Shown: piece by piece, positions 56,704 through 64,000 of the stretch
Numbering within the stretch: the first letter of the stretch is position 1
How the letters are laid out: each line of letters begins with the position of its first letter
Assembly (NCBI GenBank): GCA_028278345.1
Contig: JANQEL010000227.1
Coordinates: 43,924-107,923, forward strand
Direction of reading: 5' to 3'
DNA: 64,000 nt
DNA from: Myxococcota bacterium
GTDB taxonomy: Bacteria; Myxococcota_A; UBA9160; UBA4427
Translations under genes and position numbers: made by a program
The notes under the pieces: generated by a model
Told to the model about the DNA's origin: nothing
What the model saw: the letters and a program-made list of their open reading frames with translations, nothing else
Database searches by the model: none

Positions 56704-57289
56704 CCTTGACCGTCGGCAGCCCACTCTCTCGCGGATCGATCTCGACTGCGATGCGCAGCGCTCGCGCCGCGCCCTTGAACACGGCCTCGGCGACGTGGTG
56801 CGGGCTCTCGCCATAGCTTCGATTGATGTGCAGATCGAGACCGGCGTGTTGCGCGAAGGCGAGGACGAAGTCCTCCACCAGCGAGATGTCGAAGTCGCGC
56901 ACCATGCGGTTTGCGATCTCGACGTTGTAGACCACGAAGGGACGATTGCTGACGTCGATCGCCACCTCGACCCTTGCCTCCGCCATCGGGAGCACGAAGC
57001 TCCCGTAACGGCGGATACCGGCCGCGTTGCCAAGCGCTTCGCGGAAGGCCTGGCCGAGGGTGATGCCCACGTCTTCCACCGTGTGGTGGAAGTCGACATC
57101 GATGTCGCCGCTTGCGCGAAGCGTGAGGTCGAAGAGCCCGTGCTTCGCGAAGGATTCGAGCATGTGGTCGAAGAAGGGGATGCCCGTCTCGACTTCATAG
57201 ACGCCGCTGCCGTCGAGGTTCAACTCGACCGCGACGTCGGTTTCTCGCGTCTTACGCGTGAGCGCCGCGCGACGCTCACGCGCAGCCAT
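56693..57289 (-). CDS. hisB: Imidazoleglycerol-phosphate dehydratase
   Basis: Contains [37 protein letters not shown] and [17 protein letters not shown]. 198 aa from the ATG at 57289. Confidence 0.9.
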   Translation of the reverse strand: MAARERRAALTRKTRETDVAVELNLDGSGVYEVETGIPFFDHMLESFAKHGLFDLTLRASGDIDVDFHHTVEDVGITLGQAFREALGNAAGIRRYGSFVLPMAEARVEVAIDVSNRPFVVYNVEIANRMVRDFDISLVEDFVLAFAQHAGLDLHINRSYGESPHHVAEAVFKGAARALRIAVEIDPRESGLPTVKGAL

Positions 57290-57444
57290 GGCAGAGGATG
57301 TGGATTCGTCCGGCACAATGAACCCCGGGAACGCGGACAAGGGGGGTGTTCGCCGCGTTTCTCGCGCCTGTTTATAGCGCTTTCGGCGCAAATTCCGAAT
57401 TCGGCGCGCGTACCGGGCCTGGACCGCCCCTCTATCGCCTCGCT

Positions 57445-58809
57445 CTAGAGCTCGGCCTCGCGGGCCGCTTCTCGCTCGCGGCGCACCCGGCGGATCTTCT
57501 GCAGGCGCAGATCCACGCTCTTGCTCGCACCGCCCACACCCTCGACTTCGCCCAGGCGAATCACCTCGGCGCCCAATTCTCGCAACTTGGGCGGCTCGAA
57601 GCGGATGAAGGCGGTGCGCTTCAGGAAGTCGTCGACACCGAGCGGTGAACCGAAGCGCGCCGCTCCACCGGTCGGCAGCACGTGGTTGGGGCCCGCGATG
57701 TAGTCGCCGACCGCAACCGGAGTGTAGTGGCCGAGGAAGACCGCGCCGGCGTTGCGCACCAGTTTGTGCGCGCCATCCGCGTCCTTGAGGGCGAGCACGA
57801 GGCGCTCGGCCGCGTACTCGTTGGCGAGCTCGATCGACGCCGCCTGGTTCTTCGTGACGATGATGGCGCCGCGCGCGGCCAACGCTGCCTTCGCGGTGCC
57901 CGCCGCTTCGAGGGCCTTGATCTGCCGCGCCATCTGTTCGTGGACGCGGCTCGCAACCGACTTGCTGTGGGTGATGAGGATCTGCTGCGAGTCCTCCGAA
58001 CGTTCCGCCTGGCTCAGCAGATCGGCGGCCACCCAGGCCGGGGTCGCGCTCGCATCGGCGACGATGCAGAGTTCGCTCTCACCCGTGGGATCGTCGATAC
58101 CAACGTTGCCCATCAGGAGATGCTTCGCGTAGTTGGCTGCGGCCTCGCCCGGGCCGACGATGCGATCGACGCGCGGGATTACGCGAGTGCCGAGGGCCAT
58201 GGCGGCGATCGCCGGCGCGCCTCCCGCCTTGAACACGCGGTGAACACCCGCAACCCGCGCGGCCATCAGGATCTCGGGCGCAATCTCCCCGCTCGCATCG
58301 GGTGCCGTCGTGAGCACGATCTCGGGAACTTCGACCACCGAGGCCGGCGTCACGTACATGATCACGCTGCTCGGGCTGACGTTCTTCGTGGCCTTCGGGA
58401 TGTAGAGGCCCACGGTGTCGAGGGGACGAACGCGGTGCCCCATGTAGGCACCGCCTTCTTCGCGCATTTCCCAGCTCGAGGGCACGCGCTTGCGGTGGAA
58501 GGCGCGGATGCGCATGGCGGCCTTGCCGATCGCCGCACGATCGACCGGGTCGACGGACTCGCAGGCCGCGTCCCATTCGTCGCGGGTCACTTCGATCGAC
58601 TCGGGGGTGGAGTCGTAGTCCGCCTTCAGGAAGCTGCGGATCGCCGCGTCGCCTTCTTCGCGGATCTTCTCGATCGCTTCGACGACCGAGGAATGGAAAT
58701 CCTCTTCGACTTCGCGCGTGCGGTCGCACAGCGCCTTCCATTCCTGCGCGAACGCATCGTCGTCCGCCTTGAGGATCCGCATCAGCTTCGTGCTGCTCTT
58801 GCTCGCCAT
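57445..58809 (-). CDS. hisD: Histidinol dehydrogenase
   Basis: About 454 aa from the ATG at 58809. It shows HisD-like blocks ([69 protein letters not shown]). Confidence 0.9.
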   Translation of the reverse strand: MASKSSTKLMRILKADDDAFAQEWKALCDRTREVEEDFHSSVVEAIEKIREEGDAAIRSFLKADYDSTPESIEVTRDEWDAACESVDPVDRAAIGKAAMRIRAFHRKRVPSSWEMREEGGAYMGHRVRPLDTVGLYIPKATKNVSPSSVIMYVTPASVVEVPEIVLTTAPDASGEIAPEILMAARVAGVHRVFKAGGAPAIAAMALGTRVIPRVDRIVGPGEAAANYAKHLLMGNVGIDDPTGESELCIVADASATPAWVAADLLSQAERSEDSQQILITHSKSVASRVHEQMARQIKALEAAGTAKAALAARGAIIVTKNQAASIELANEYAAERLVLALKDADGAHKLVRNAGAVFLGHYTPVAVGDYIAGPNHVLPTGGAARFGSPLGVDDFLKRTAFIRFEPPKLRELGAEVIRLGEVEGVGGASKSVDLRLQKIRRVRREREAAREAEL

Positions 58810-58916
58810 CGCTCGCCCCTTGTATGTCGCGTTCATCCCGTGCCGGATGATTCCGCTGCGACTGCACTCTTTGCCTTCGGCCGTGTTGCCCACCGAAGGC
58901 GAATGCTTCGGACGAG

Positions 58917-59855
58917 CTAACTCGAAGGCTCCTGCTTCTGTTCTTTCCCGCTCGACTCGTTTGGGGACGAACTGCCTTTGCGTGCACTCACTGCGCGCGC
59001 CTGGCCGGCGAGATCGTGAAGGATGCGGATGTCGGTGAGCCCGACCTCCTTGCACCACGACGCGACCGGTTCCGCCTGTCGCGGATCGAGTTCTACGAGA
59101 AACAACCCCCCATCGTTCAGCGCGGAACCGACGCCCGCTATCAGGGGTCGCAGTACCGCGTATCCATCCTCTCCTGCGAACAGCGCCAGTTCGGGTTCGT
59201 GTTCGAGTTCCCTTGCCAGCGTGGAGCGTTCCGCCCCGGCGACGTAGGGGGGATTCGAGATCACCAGGTCGAAGCGTTCCCCGGGTACGGCGTCGAACAG
59301 GCTTCCCTCTTCGAACCTCACCCGGCCATTCAGCTGCAACTGGTCGGCATTTTCGCGCGCAACCTTAAGCGCGGGGGCGGAAACATCGGTCGCAACCACC
59401 TGTGCTTGCGGCCTTTCCGTTGCGATCGAAAGCGCGATCGCGCCCGAACCCGTACCGATGTCGAGCACGCTGTAGCACCGGTTCTCGTCCGACATGTGGT
59501 CGAGTGCGCTGCTCACCAGAAGCTCGGTTTCGGGACGCGGGGTGAGAACGTCGCGCGTGACCTTGAAGTCGAGCGACCAGAACTCGCGCTCGCCGATCAA
59601 CAGCGAGACCGGGATCCGTTCTCCTGCTCTTTGTTTCACATATTCGCGAAAGGCCGCGCGTTCTTCGGGGAGCAGGGGCTTCTCGTAGTTGAGATAGAGA
59701 TCGAGCCGACTCATCCCGAGCGAGTGGGCGAGCAACACTTCGGCATCGAGGCGAGCGGTTTCGATGCCCTGCTCCGTGAGATGCCCCGTCGTCCATTGCA
59801 GGATTTCGAGAATCGTCCACGTACGCTCGCGCGAACCGTTCGAACTCAAGAGCAC
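58917..59855 (-). CDS. prmC: Release-factor glutamine N5-methyltransferase
   Basis: Contains VLDIGTGSGAIAL and VISNPPYV. It directly follows prfA and has a GTG start at 59855. Confidence 0.85.
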   Translation of the reverse strand: MLLSSNGSRERTWTILEILQWTTGHLTEQGIETARLDAEVLLAHSLGMSRLDLYLNYEKPLLPEERAAFREYVKQRAGERIPVSLLIGEREFWSLDFKVTRDVLTPRPETELLVSSALDHMSDENRCYSVLDIGTGSGAIALSIATERPQAQVVATDVSAPALKVARENADQLQLNGRVRFEEGSLFDAVPGERFDLVISNPPYVAGAERSTLARELEHEPELALFAGEDGYAVLRPLIAGVGSALNDGGLFLVELDPRQAEPVASWCKEVGLTDIRILHDLAGQARAVSARKGSSSPNESSGKEQKQEPSS

Positions 59856-59865
59856 GCCCGCGAGT

Positions 59866-60933
59866 TCATTGTTCCGCGACCTGGGCGAGCATCACACCGC
59901 GAACCCCGTCGAGAAGCTCGTCGAGATCACCTTCGAGCACGCTCTCGAGCTTGTGCAGGGTGATGGATGCGCGGTGATCCGTGATGCGGTTCTGCGGGAA
60001 GTTGTAGGTACGGATCTTCTCGCTGCGTTCGCCGGTACCGACCTGCTCCTTGCGCTCGCTCGCCCGCTCGGCGTTCACGCGCTCGGTCTCGAGATCGAGC
60101 AGCCGCGAGCGCAGCACCTTCATCGCCTTCGCCTTGTTCTTGTGCTGGGACTTCTCGTCCTGGCACTGCACGACGAGACCGCTCGGCAGGTGGGTGATGC
60201 GCACCGCGGAGTCGGTGGTGTTGACGCTCTGCCCGCCCGGACCACCGGCGCGCATCACGTCGATGCGAAGCTCCTGGGGATCGATCTCGACATCGACCTC
60301 TTCGGCCTCCGGCATCACGGCCACCGTCACCGTCGAGGTGTGGATGCGCCCCTGGGCCTCGGTCGCGGGCACCCGCTGTACGCGATGCACCCCCCGCTCG
60401 TACTTGAAGCGGCTGAAGACGTCGCGGCCGTCGATCGTGGCGATGACTTCCTTGAAGCCACCGCCCGGCGTCTCGGAGCTCGACATGATGTCGACCTTCC
60501 AGCCGAGGCGCTCCGCGTAGCGGGTGTACATGCGAAAGAGATCGCCGGCGAAGAGCGCGGCTTCGTCGCCGCCGGTGCCGGCGCGGATCTCGAAGATGGC
60601 GTTCTTCTCGTCGAGGGGATCCTTGGGGATGAACAGCTCGAAGAGCTTCTGGTCGAGTTCTTCGAGCTCGGCCGTGAGGCTTTCGAGTTCGCTCCGCGCC
60701 ATCTCGGCCACGTCGGCGTCGTCGTCCTCGACCATCTGCTTCGCTTCGTCGAGTTCGCGGATTACGTCGCGATAACGCATTCCGGTGTCGACGACTGGGC
60801 GAAGTTCAGCTAGATCCTTCGCGAGATCCTTGAAGCGCCCGGGCTGACTCGCTACGTCGGGATCGGCGAGCTGGCCCTCGATTTCTCGACTGCGCTCTTC
60901 AGCCTCGGTGATGCGTTCGAGGTATTTCGACAT
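59866..60933 (-). CDS. prfA: Peptide chain release factor 1
   Basis: The GGQ motif lies in [20 protein letters not shown], and the PxT-type decoding region is in RVQRVPATE. 355 aa from the ATG at 60933. Confidence 0.95.
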   Translation of the reverse strand: MSKYLERITEAEERSREIEGQLADPDVASQPGRFKDLAKDLAELRPVVDTGMRYRDVIRELDEAKQMVEDDDADVAEMARSELESLTAELEELDQKLFELFIPKDPLDEKNAIFEIRAGTGGDEAALFAGDLFRMYTRYAERLGWKVDIMSSSETPGGGFKEVIATIDGRDVFSRFKYERGVHRVQRVPATEAQGRIHTSTVTVAVMPEAEEVDVEIDPQELRIDVMRAGGPGGQSVNTTDSAVRITHLPSGLVVQCQDEKSQHKNKAKAMKVLRSRLLDLETERVNAERASERKEQVGTGERSEKIRTYNFPQNRITDHRASITLHKLESVLEGDLDELLDGVRGVMLAQVAEQ

Positions 60934-61177
60934 GGTTTCGTGTGGGTTCGATTGCGCGGATGAAAAACGCGTTTCTCTCGGCCCGGGTGAATCTCGGGGC
61001 TCGAGCGCGCGCGAGGGTATCGAATCACCTTCGGCCAACACCACGGAAAACCAACGAACCCGTCCCCCAGGCCCCCGAAACCCGAGGAACGCCCGAAGGC
61101 ACCCTCAATAGTAGAATCCGCGGCTCGTCGTTGATCGGCCCGCGGCACACGACACCCACTCAATCTGGAGACATTTC

Positions 61178-61756
61178 ATGACCCGCGCTGCCCGCCCGAT
61201 CGTTCCTCTCATCGTCATTTCCCTCTTCGCGTGGGGCTGCCTGGGCTCGGGTGGCGACGGCGACAGCTCCAGCAATGAAGAAGCCTGTGAGGATTTCTGT
61301 AGTCGGGGCGTCGAGTGTGGGTTCATTGGCGACGGCGACGTAGACGAGTGCGAAGACGATTGTGAGGACGTGATCGACGAGGCGGTCGACATCACCGACG
61401 CGTGCGAAGACGCGATCATCGCCTACATCGACTGCGTGGTGGATCTCGCGTGTGAGGACGTCGTCAATCTGGAAGAAGAGGCACCGACTGAATGTCGAGA
61501 TGCATTCGACGACGCCGCAGACGCCTGCGAAGGCCAGATCCTCGGTGACGACGACGACGATGGCGGGATCGACGACATCTTCTTCTGCCCGCCGGACGAA
61601 TTCATCGATCTTTCCGAGGTCTGCGACGGCGATTGCGACTGTGGCTCGTGCTTCGACGAGGACGAGATCATCTGCGCCGCCGAGCCCGCCCAGGCCGCAC
61701 GGGCCGACGAAGACCTGATGAGCCACGAGTTCTTCGACTACACCCGGGCAAACTGA
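61178..61756 (+). CDS. Highly acidic, Cys-rich lipoprotein
   Basis: The lipobox is LFAWGC. The mature part is about one third Asp/Glu with about 18 Cys. The C-terminal block is FFCPPDEFIDLSEVCDGDCDCGSCFDEDEIIC. Confidence 0.6.
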   Translation: MTRAARPIVPLIVISLFAWGCLGSGGDGDSSSNEEACEDFCSRGVECGFIGDGDVDECEDDCEDVIDEAVDITDACEDAIIAYIDCVVDLACEDVVNLEEEAPTECRDAFDDAADACEGQILGDDDDDGGIDDIFFCPPDEFIDLSEVCDGDCDCGSCFDEDEIICAAEPAQAARADEDLMSHEFFDYTRAN

Positions 61757-61936
61757 GACCGGGGGCCTCTCCCGCGCGGCGCCCTGCGCCCGCGCGGTTC
61801 GGCAACTACGAGTGCATCCCGAGGCGCCATGAGGCGTCTTCGGGATGCCTCGTATTCGGCCGACATATTCGAAGGCGCCAAACCACTCATTCGGGAAGCC
61901 GGGTGATTGCATCGCGATCGCCCTGGGAGACCCCGA

Positions 61937-62935
61937 ATGAAACCCACCCGTCTACTCGCCCTGTCCCTGGGACTCTTCTTTCTCTTGTGCGCCGCGGGCA
62001 CCGCCAGCGCCGCACCCTTCACGGTGCTCACGTACAACATGAAGGGACTACCGGCGATGATCGAAGTCGAGCCCGGCGTCTTCGTCCCCGGCAACCCCGA
62101 TTCTCCGGTGGCCGTGCCGCAGATCGAGACCGCGCTGCAGAACAACATCACCAGCTTCGATGTGGTCGCGATCCAGGAAGCCTTCGACCCGGGCTATTAC
62201 GCGGACATCGCGGCCACGGGTTCCAACGCTCCTCCCTTCGATCCTCCCTCCGGTGGTGCCCTCGCCGGTTCGGGGTTGCTGCGTCTCTCGCAGGATCCCT
62301 ACAGCGACTACGCCCGCGAAGGGTGGAACACATGCGGGCCCAACCGCGACGACTGCGCCGCCAACAAGGGCTTCTCGAGGGCGCGCCACACCGTGATGGG
62401 CGAGACCGTCGACATCTACAACCTGCACGGCGACGCCGGACAGGAGGCACTCGACTTCGCCGCGCGTGCCGATCAGCTCGACCAACTCGCCGCCCACATC
62501 GACGCCTTCTCCGCAGGCAATGCGGTGATCGTGCTCGGCGACACCAACAGCCTCTTCAACCGCGTGGGCGATTCGCTGCCTTCCTTCCTGACGTCGACGG
62601 GGCTCGCTGATACCTGGGTCGAACTGATGAACGGCGGCAACGTACCGCTGGCAGGCTCGATGCCGCTTCCGGGCTGCACGAACGACGCTGAGACCGATGG
62701 CGCCGGCTGCGAGCGCATCGACAAGGTGCTCTTCCGCAACAGCGCAACCCTCGCGCTGAACCCGACCGCGTACGACACGCCGACCGGTCTCTTCGACGAC
62801 GACATGGGCGACCAGCTCACGGATCACCTCCCGGTGGTCGTGACCTTCGACGCCCAGGTGATTCCGGAGCCCGGTACCGCGACGCTCCTGATGGCGGGCC
62901 TGGTCGGCCTCGCGGCACGACGCAAGCGCGCGTAG
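61937..62935 (+). CDS. Endonuclease/exonuclease/phosphatase (EEP) family protein with PEP-CTERM anchor
   Basis: It has a signal peptide (MKPTRLLALSLGLFFLLCAAGTASA). EEP blocks are FTVLTYNMKG, FDVVAIQEAF and LTDHLPVVVTF. The C-terminus is VIPEPGTATLLMAGLVGLAARRKRA. Confidence 0.8.
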   Translation: MKPTRLLALSLGLFFLLCAAGTASAAPFTVLTYNMKGLPAMIEVEPGVFVPGNPDSPVAVPQIETALQNNITSFDVVAIQEAFDPGYYADIAATGSNAPPFDPPSGGALAGSGLLRLSQDPYSDYAREGWNTCGPNRDDCAANKGFSRARHTVMGETVDIYNLHGDAGQEALDFAARADQLDQLAAHIDAFSAGNAVIVLGDTNSLFNRVGDSLPSFLTSTGLADTWVELMNGGNVPLAGSMPLPGCTNDAETDGAGCERIDKVLFRNSATLALNPTAYDTPTGLFDDDMGDQLTDHLPVVVTFDAQVIPEPGTATLLMAGLVGLAARRKRA

Positions 62936-63186
62936 TCTTCCCGGCGAACGCCGAGGGATATCACCATGCGCTTCGGCGAATCGCAGGGTTCGCGTTTCTG
63001 GCCCGCGACTTCGCTGGCGACGAAGACTGCTTCGCGCGCGCTGAAGACTGGTTCTATTGCTGGTTCGATCCAGACTTGAGCTGCGAGGACCACGAAGAGT
63101 ATGAAGAGTCCGGAGTTCGACCCGAGCGAGATCATCGACTGCGACGACTAGGCAATCGCGGTGATCGACGCCTGCAACGGCATGGT

Positions 63187-64000
63187 CTACGACAGCGATC
63201 TCTTCGAGGACTTCGGCGACTTGTCGTGGAACCGACGCACGGACCTGCATCGTTTCGCATTCGGGACGGGCCAGCGGGCCAGCGGGCTGGTGGTCGCCAA
63301 GAGCAGCACGAGGGCCCCGAGACCGACCGGAGTCAGCAACGGGACTGCCGGCGGTACGACGAGATAGAGCAGGTTGAGTACCAGAGTGTTGGGAAAGACG
63401 TGGTCGGTAAACAAGAGCACGGGGCCCGACCCCGCCACGATCGCGCCCTCGTCGAACAAGAGGCAGGTCGCAGCATTCGAGGGTGCGTTGTCGAGGGTCG
63501 CCAGGGTCGTGGCACCACCATCGGTGTCGACCCAACCGGGGAATTCGGTGTTGTAGTTGGTGACCACGCCCGCCGGTCCGGTCATGATGGGATGTTGGGA
63601 CGCGGAGCTTGCCGGCTGGCTACCGGATAGCGTGCCGGTCGTCGTCACTCCGAACACCGTCGAAAGGCTCACGTTGGCCGCGGCGACATCGGGCAACGTG
63701 TGGTTGTCGGTGAGGATGATCGCCGCTCCACCGCCGTCGACGTACTGCGAAAGCGCCGCCTGCTCCGAGGCATCGAGGGGTGTGATACCTGCAGATTGGC
63801 TGAATGCAGAGCCCACGATCACGAGGTCGAGGCCCAACAGGTACTGCAGTGTGAGCACATTGGTGCCGCTGAACTGGGCGAGTGGATACGTTGCGAGGAT
63901 GTCGCCCCGCAGGAGTTCGAACTGCGAGCCCTCGGCCGGACTGAAGATCCCGCCGCGACTCGCGTCGAAACCCCCGATCACCTGAGCGCGCGCCACTCCC
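63187..64000 (-). CDS. Exported protein of unknown function with a C-terminal hydrophobic anchor (probably 5'-truncated by the window edge)
   Basis: The frame is open to the right-hand edge of the window. The C-terminus VPPAVPLLTPVGLGALVLLLATTS plus a basic tail resembles PEP-CTERM/IPTL-CTERM-type sorting signals. The body has no motif I recognise. Confidence 0.45.
   Translation of the reverse strand, partial: GVARAQVIGGFDASRGGIFSPAEGSQFELLRGDILATYPLAQFSGTNVLTLQYLLGLDLVIVGSAFSQSAGITPLDASEQAALSQYVDGGGAAIILTDNHTLPDVAAANVSLSTVFGVTTTGTLSGSQPASSASQHPIMTGPAGVVTNYNTEFPGWVDTDGGATTLATLDNAPSNAATCLLFDEGAIVAGSGPVLLFTDHVFPNTLVLNLLYLVVPPAVPLLTPVGLGALVLLLATTSPLARWPVPNAKRCRSVRRFHDKSPKSSKRSLS

Noticed and set aside
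59866-60933. Checked the release-factor gene for a programmed +1 frameshift site
   Set aside because: This is prfA (RF1 type, with a continuous ORF and a PxT-type decoding motif). The autoregulatory frameshift is a feature of prfB, which is not in this window.
62966-63079. 37-codon ATG ORF (MRFGESQGSRFWPATSLATKTASRALKTGSIAGSIQT*) after the EEP gene
   Set aside because: There is no RBS and the composition is unremarkable. It also lies in a different frame from the more protein-like acidic/Cys-rich reading described in the findings.
1-64000. Looked for CRISPR arrays, tRNA/rRNA genes, IS elements, integrases, and phage or toxin-antitoxin modules
   Set aside because: I saw no short regularly spaced repeats, no tRNA-like cloverleaf candidates in the intergenic regions and no transposase, integrase or recombinase motifs in any frame. 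The only repeat found is the 64-bp pair reported above. A computational scan (tRNAscan-SE, cmsearch, ISEScan) would be needed to be certain.

Overview
This is a very GC-rich chromosomal segment from a diderm bacterium, judging by Pal, an LpxL-type acyltransferase and PEP-CTERM proteins. The gene content looks Myxococcota/Deltaproteobacteria-like, but that is only a guess. I call about 58 protein genes, one cobalamin riboswitch, two intrinsic-terminator-like hairpins and one 64-bp direct repeat pair. I saw no rRNA, tRNA, CRISPR array, transposase or integrase.

The housekeeping backbone is:
- rpsU-dnaG-rpoD
- hisA
- prfA-prmC-hisD-hisB
- thiI, bfr, pal, sppA
- a DinG-type helicase
- an ECF sigma / anti-sigma / DUF3106 module
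- a RegB/RegA-like redox two-component pair

Regions that deserve a second look:
1. **1398-14278 (minus strand).** An 11-gene, largely translationally coupled operon. It combines KAS III, FabA, FabG, FabZ-like, KAS I/II, a divergent ACP, a PlsC-type acyltransferase, a PPTase, a single-chain ~1885-aa eukaryote-style acetyl/acyl-CoA carboxylase, FolB and an LpxL-type acyltransferase. I read it as a self-contained specialised lipid factory and it is my best candidate for an undescribed system.
2. **21712-24347.** Two paralogous ferritin-like diiron proteins, a Cys4 zinc-ribbon/rubredoxin-like protein and a truncated haemoglobin. They sit next to a molybdenum hydroxylase whose large subunit is coupled to a MoaD/ThiS-like Gly-Gly protein.
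3. **About 205-1439.** A cobalamin riboswitch in front of a DUF4465-like PEP-CTERM surface protein.
4. **52949-54763.** A near-perfect 64-bp direct repeat brackets an orphan histidine kinase. It overlaps a hisB 3'-end relic whose differences from the real hisB tail fall almost only at third codon positions.

All functional calls rest on motif recognition by eye in the supplied translations. No database search was run.
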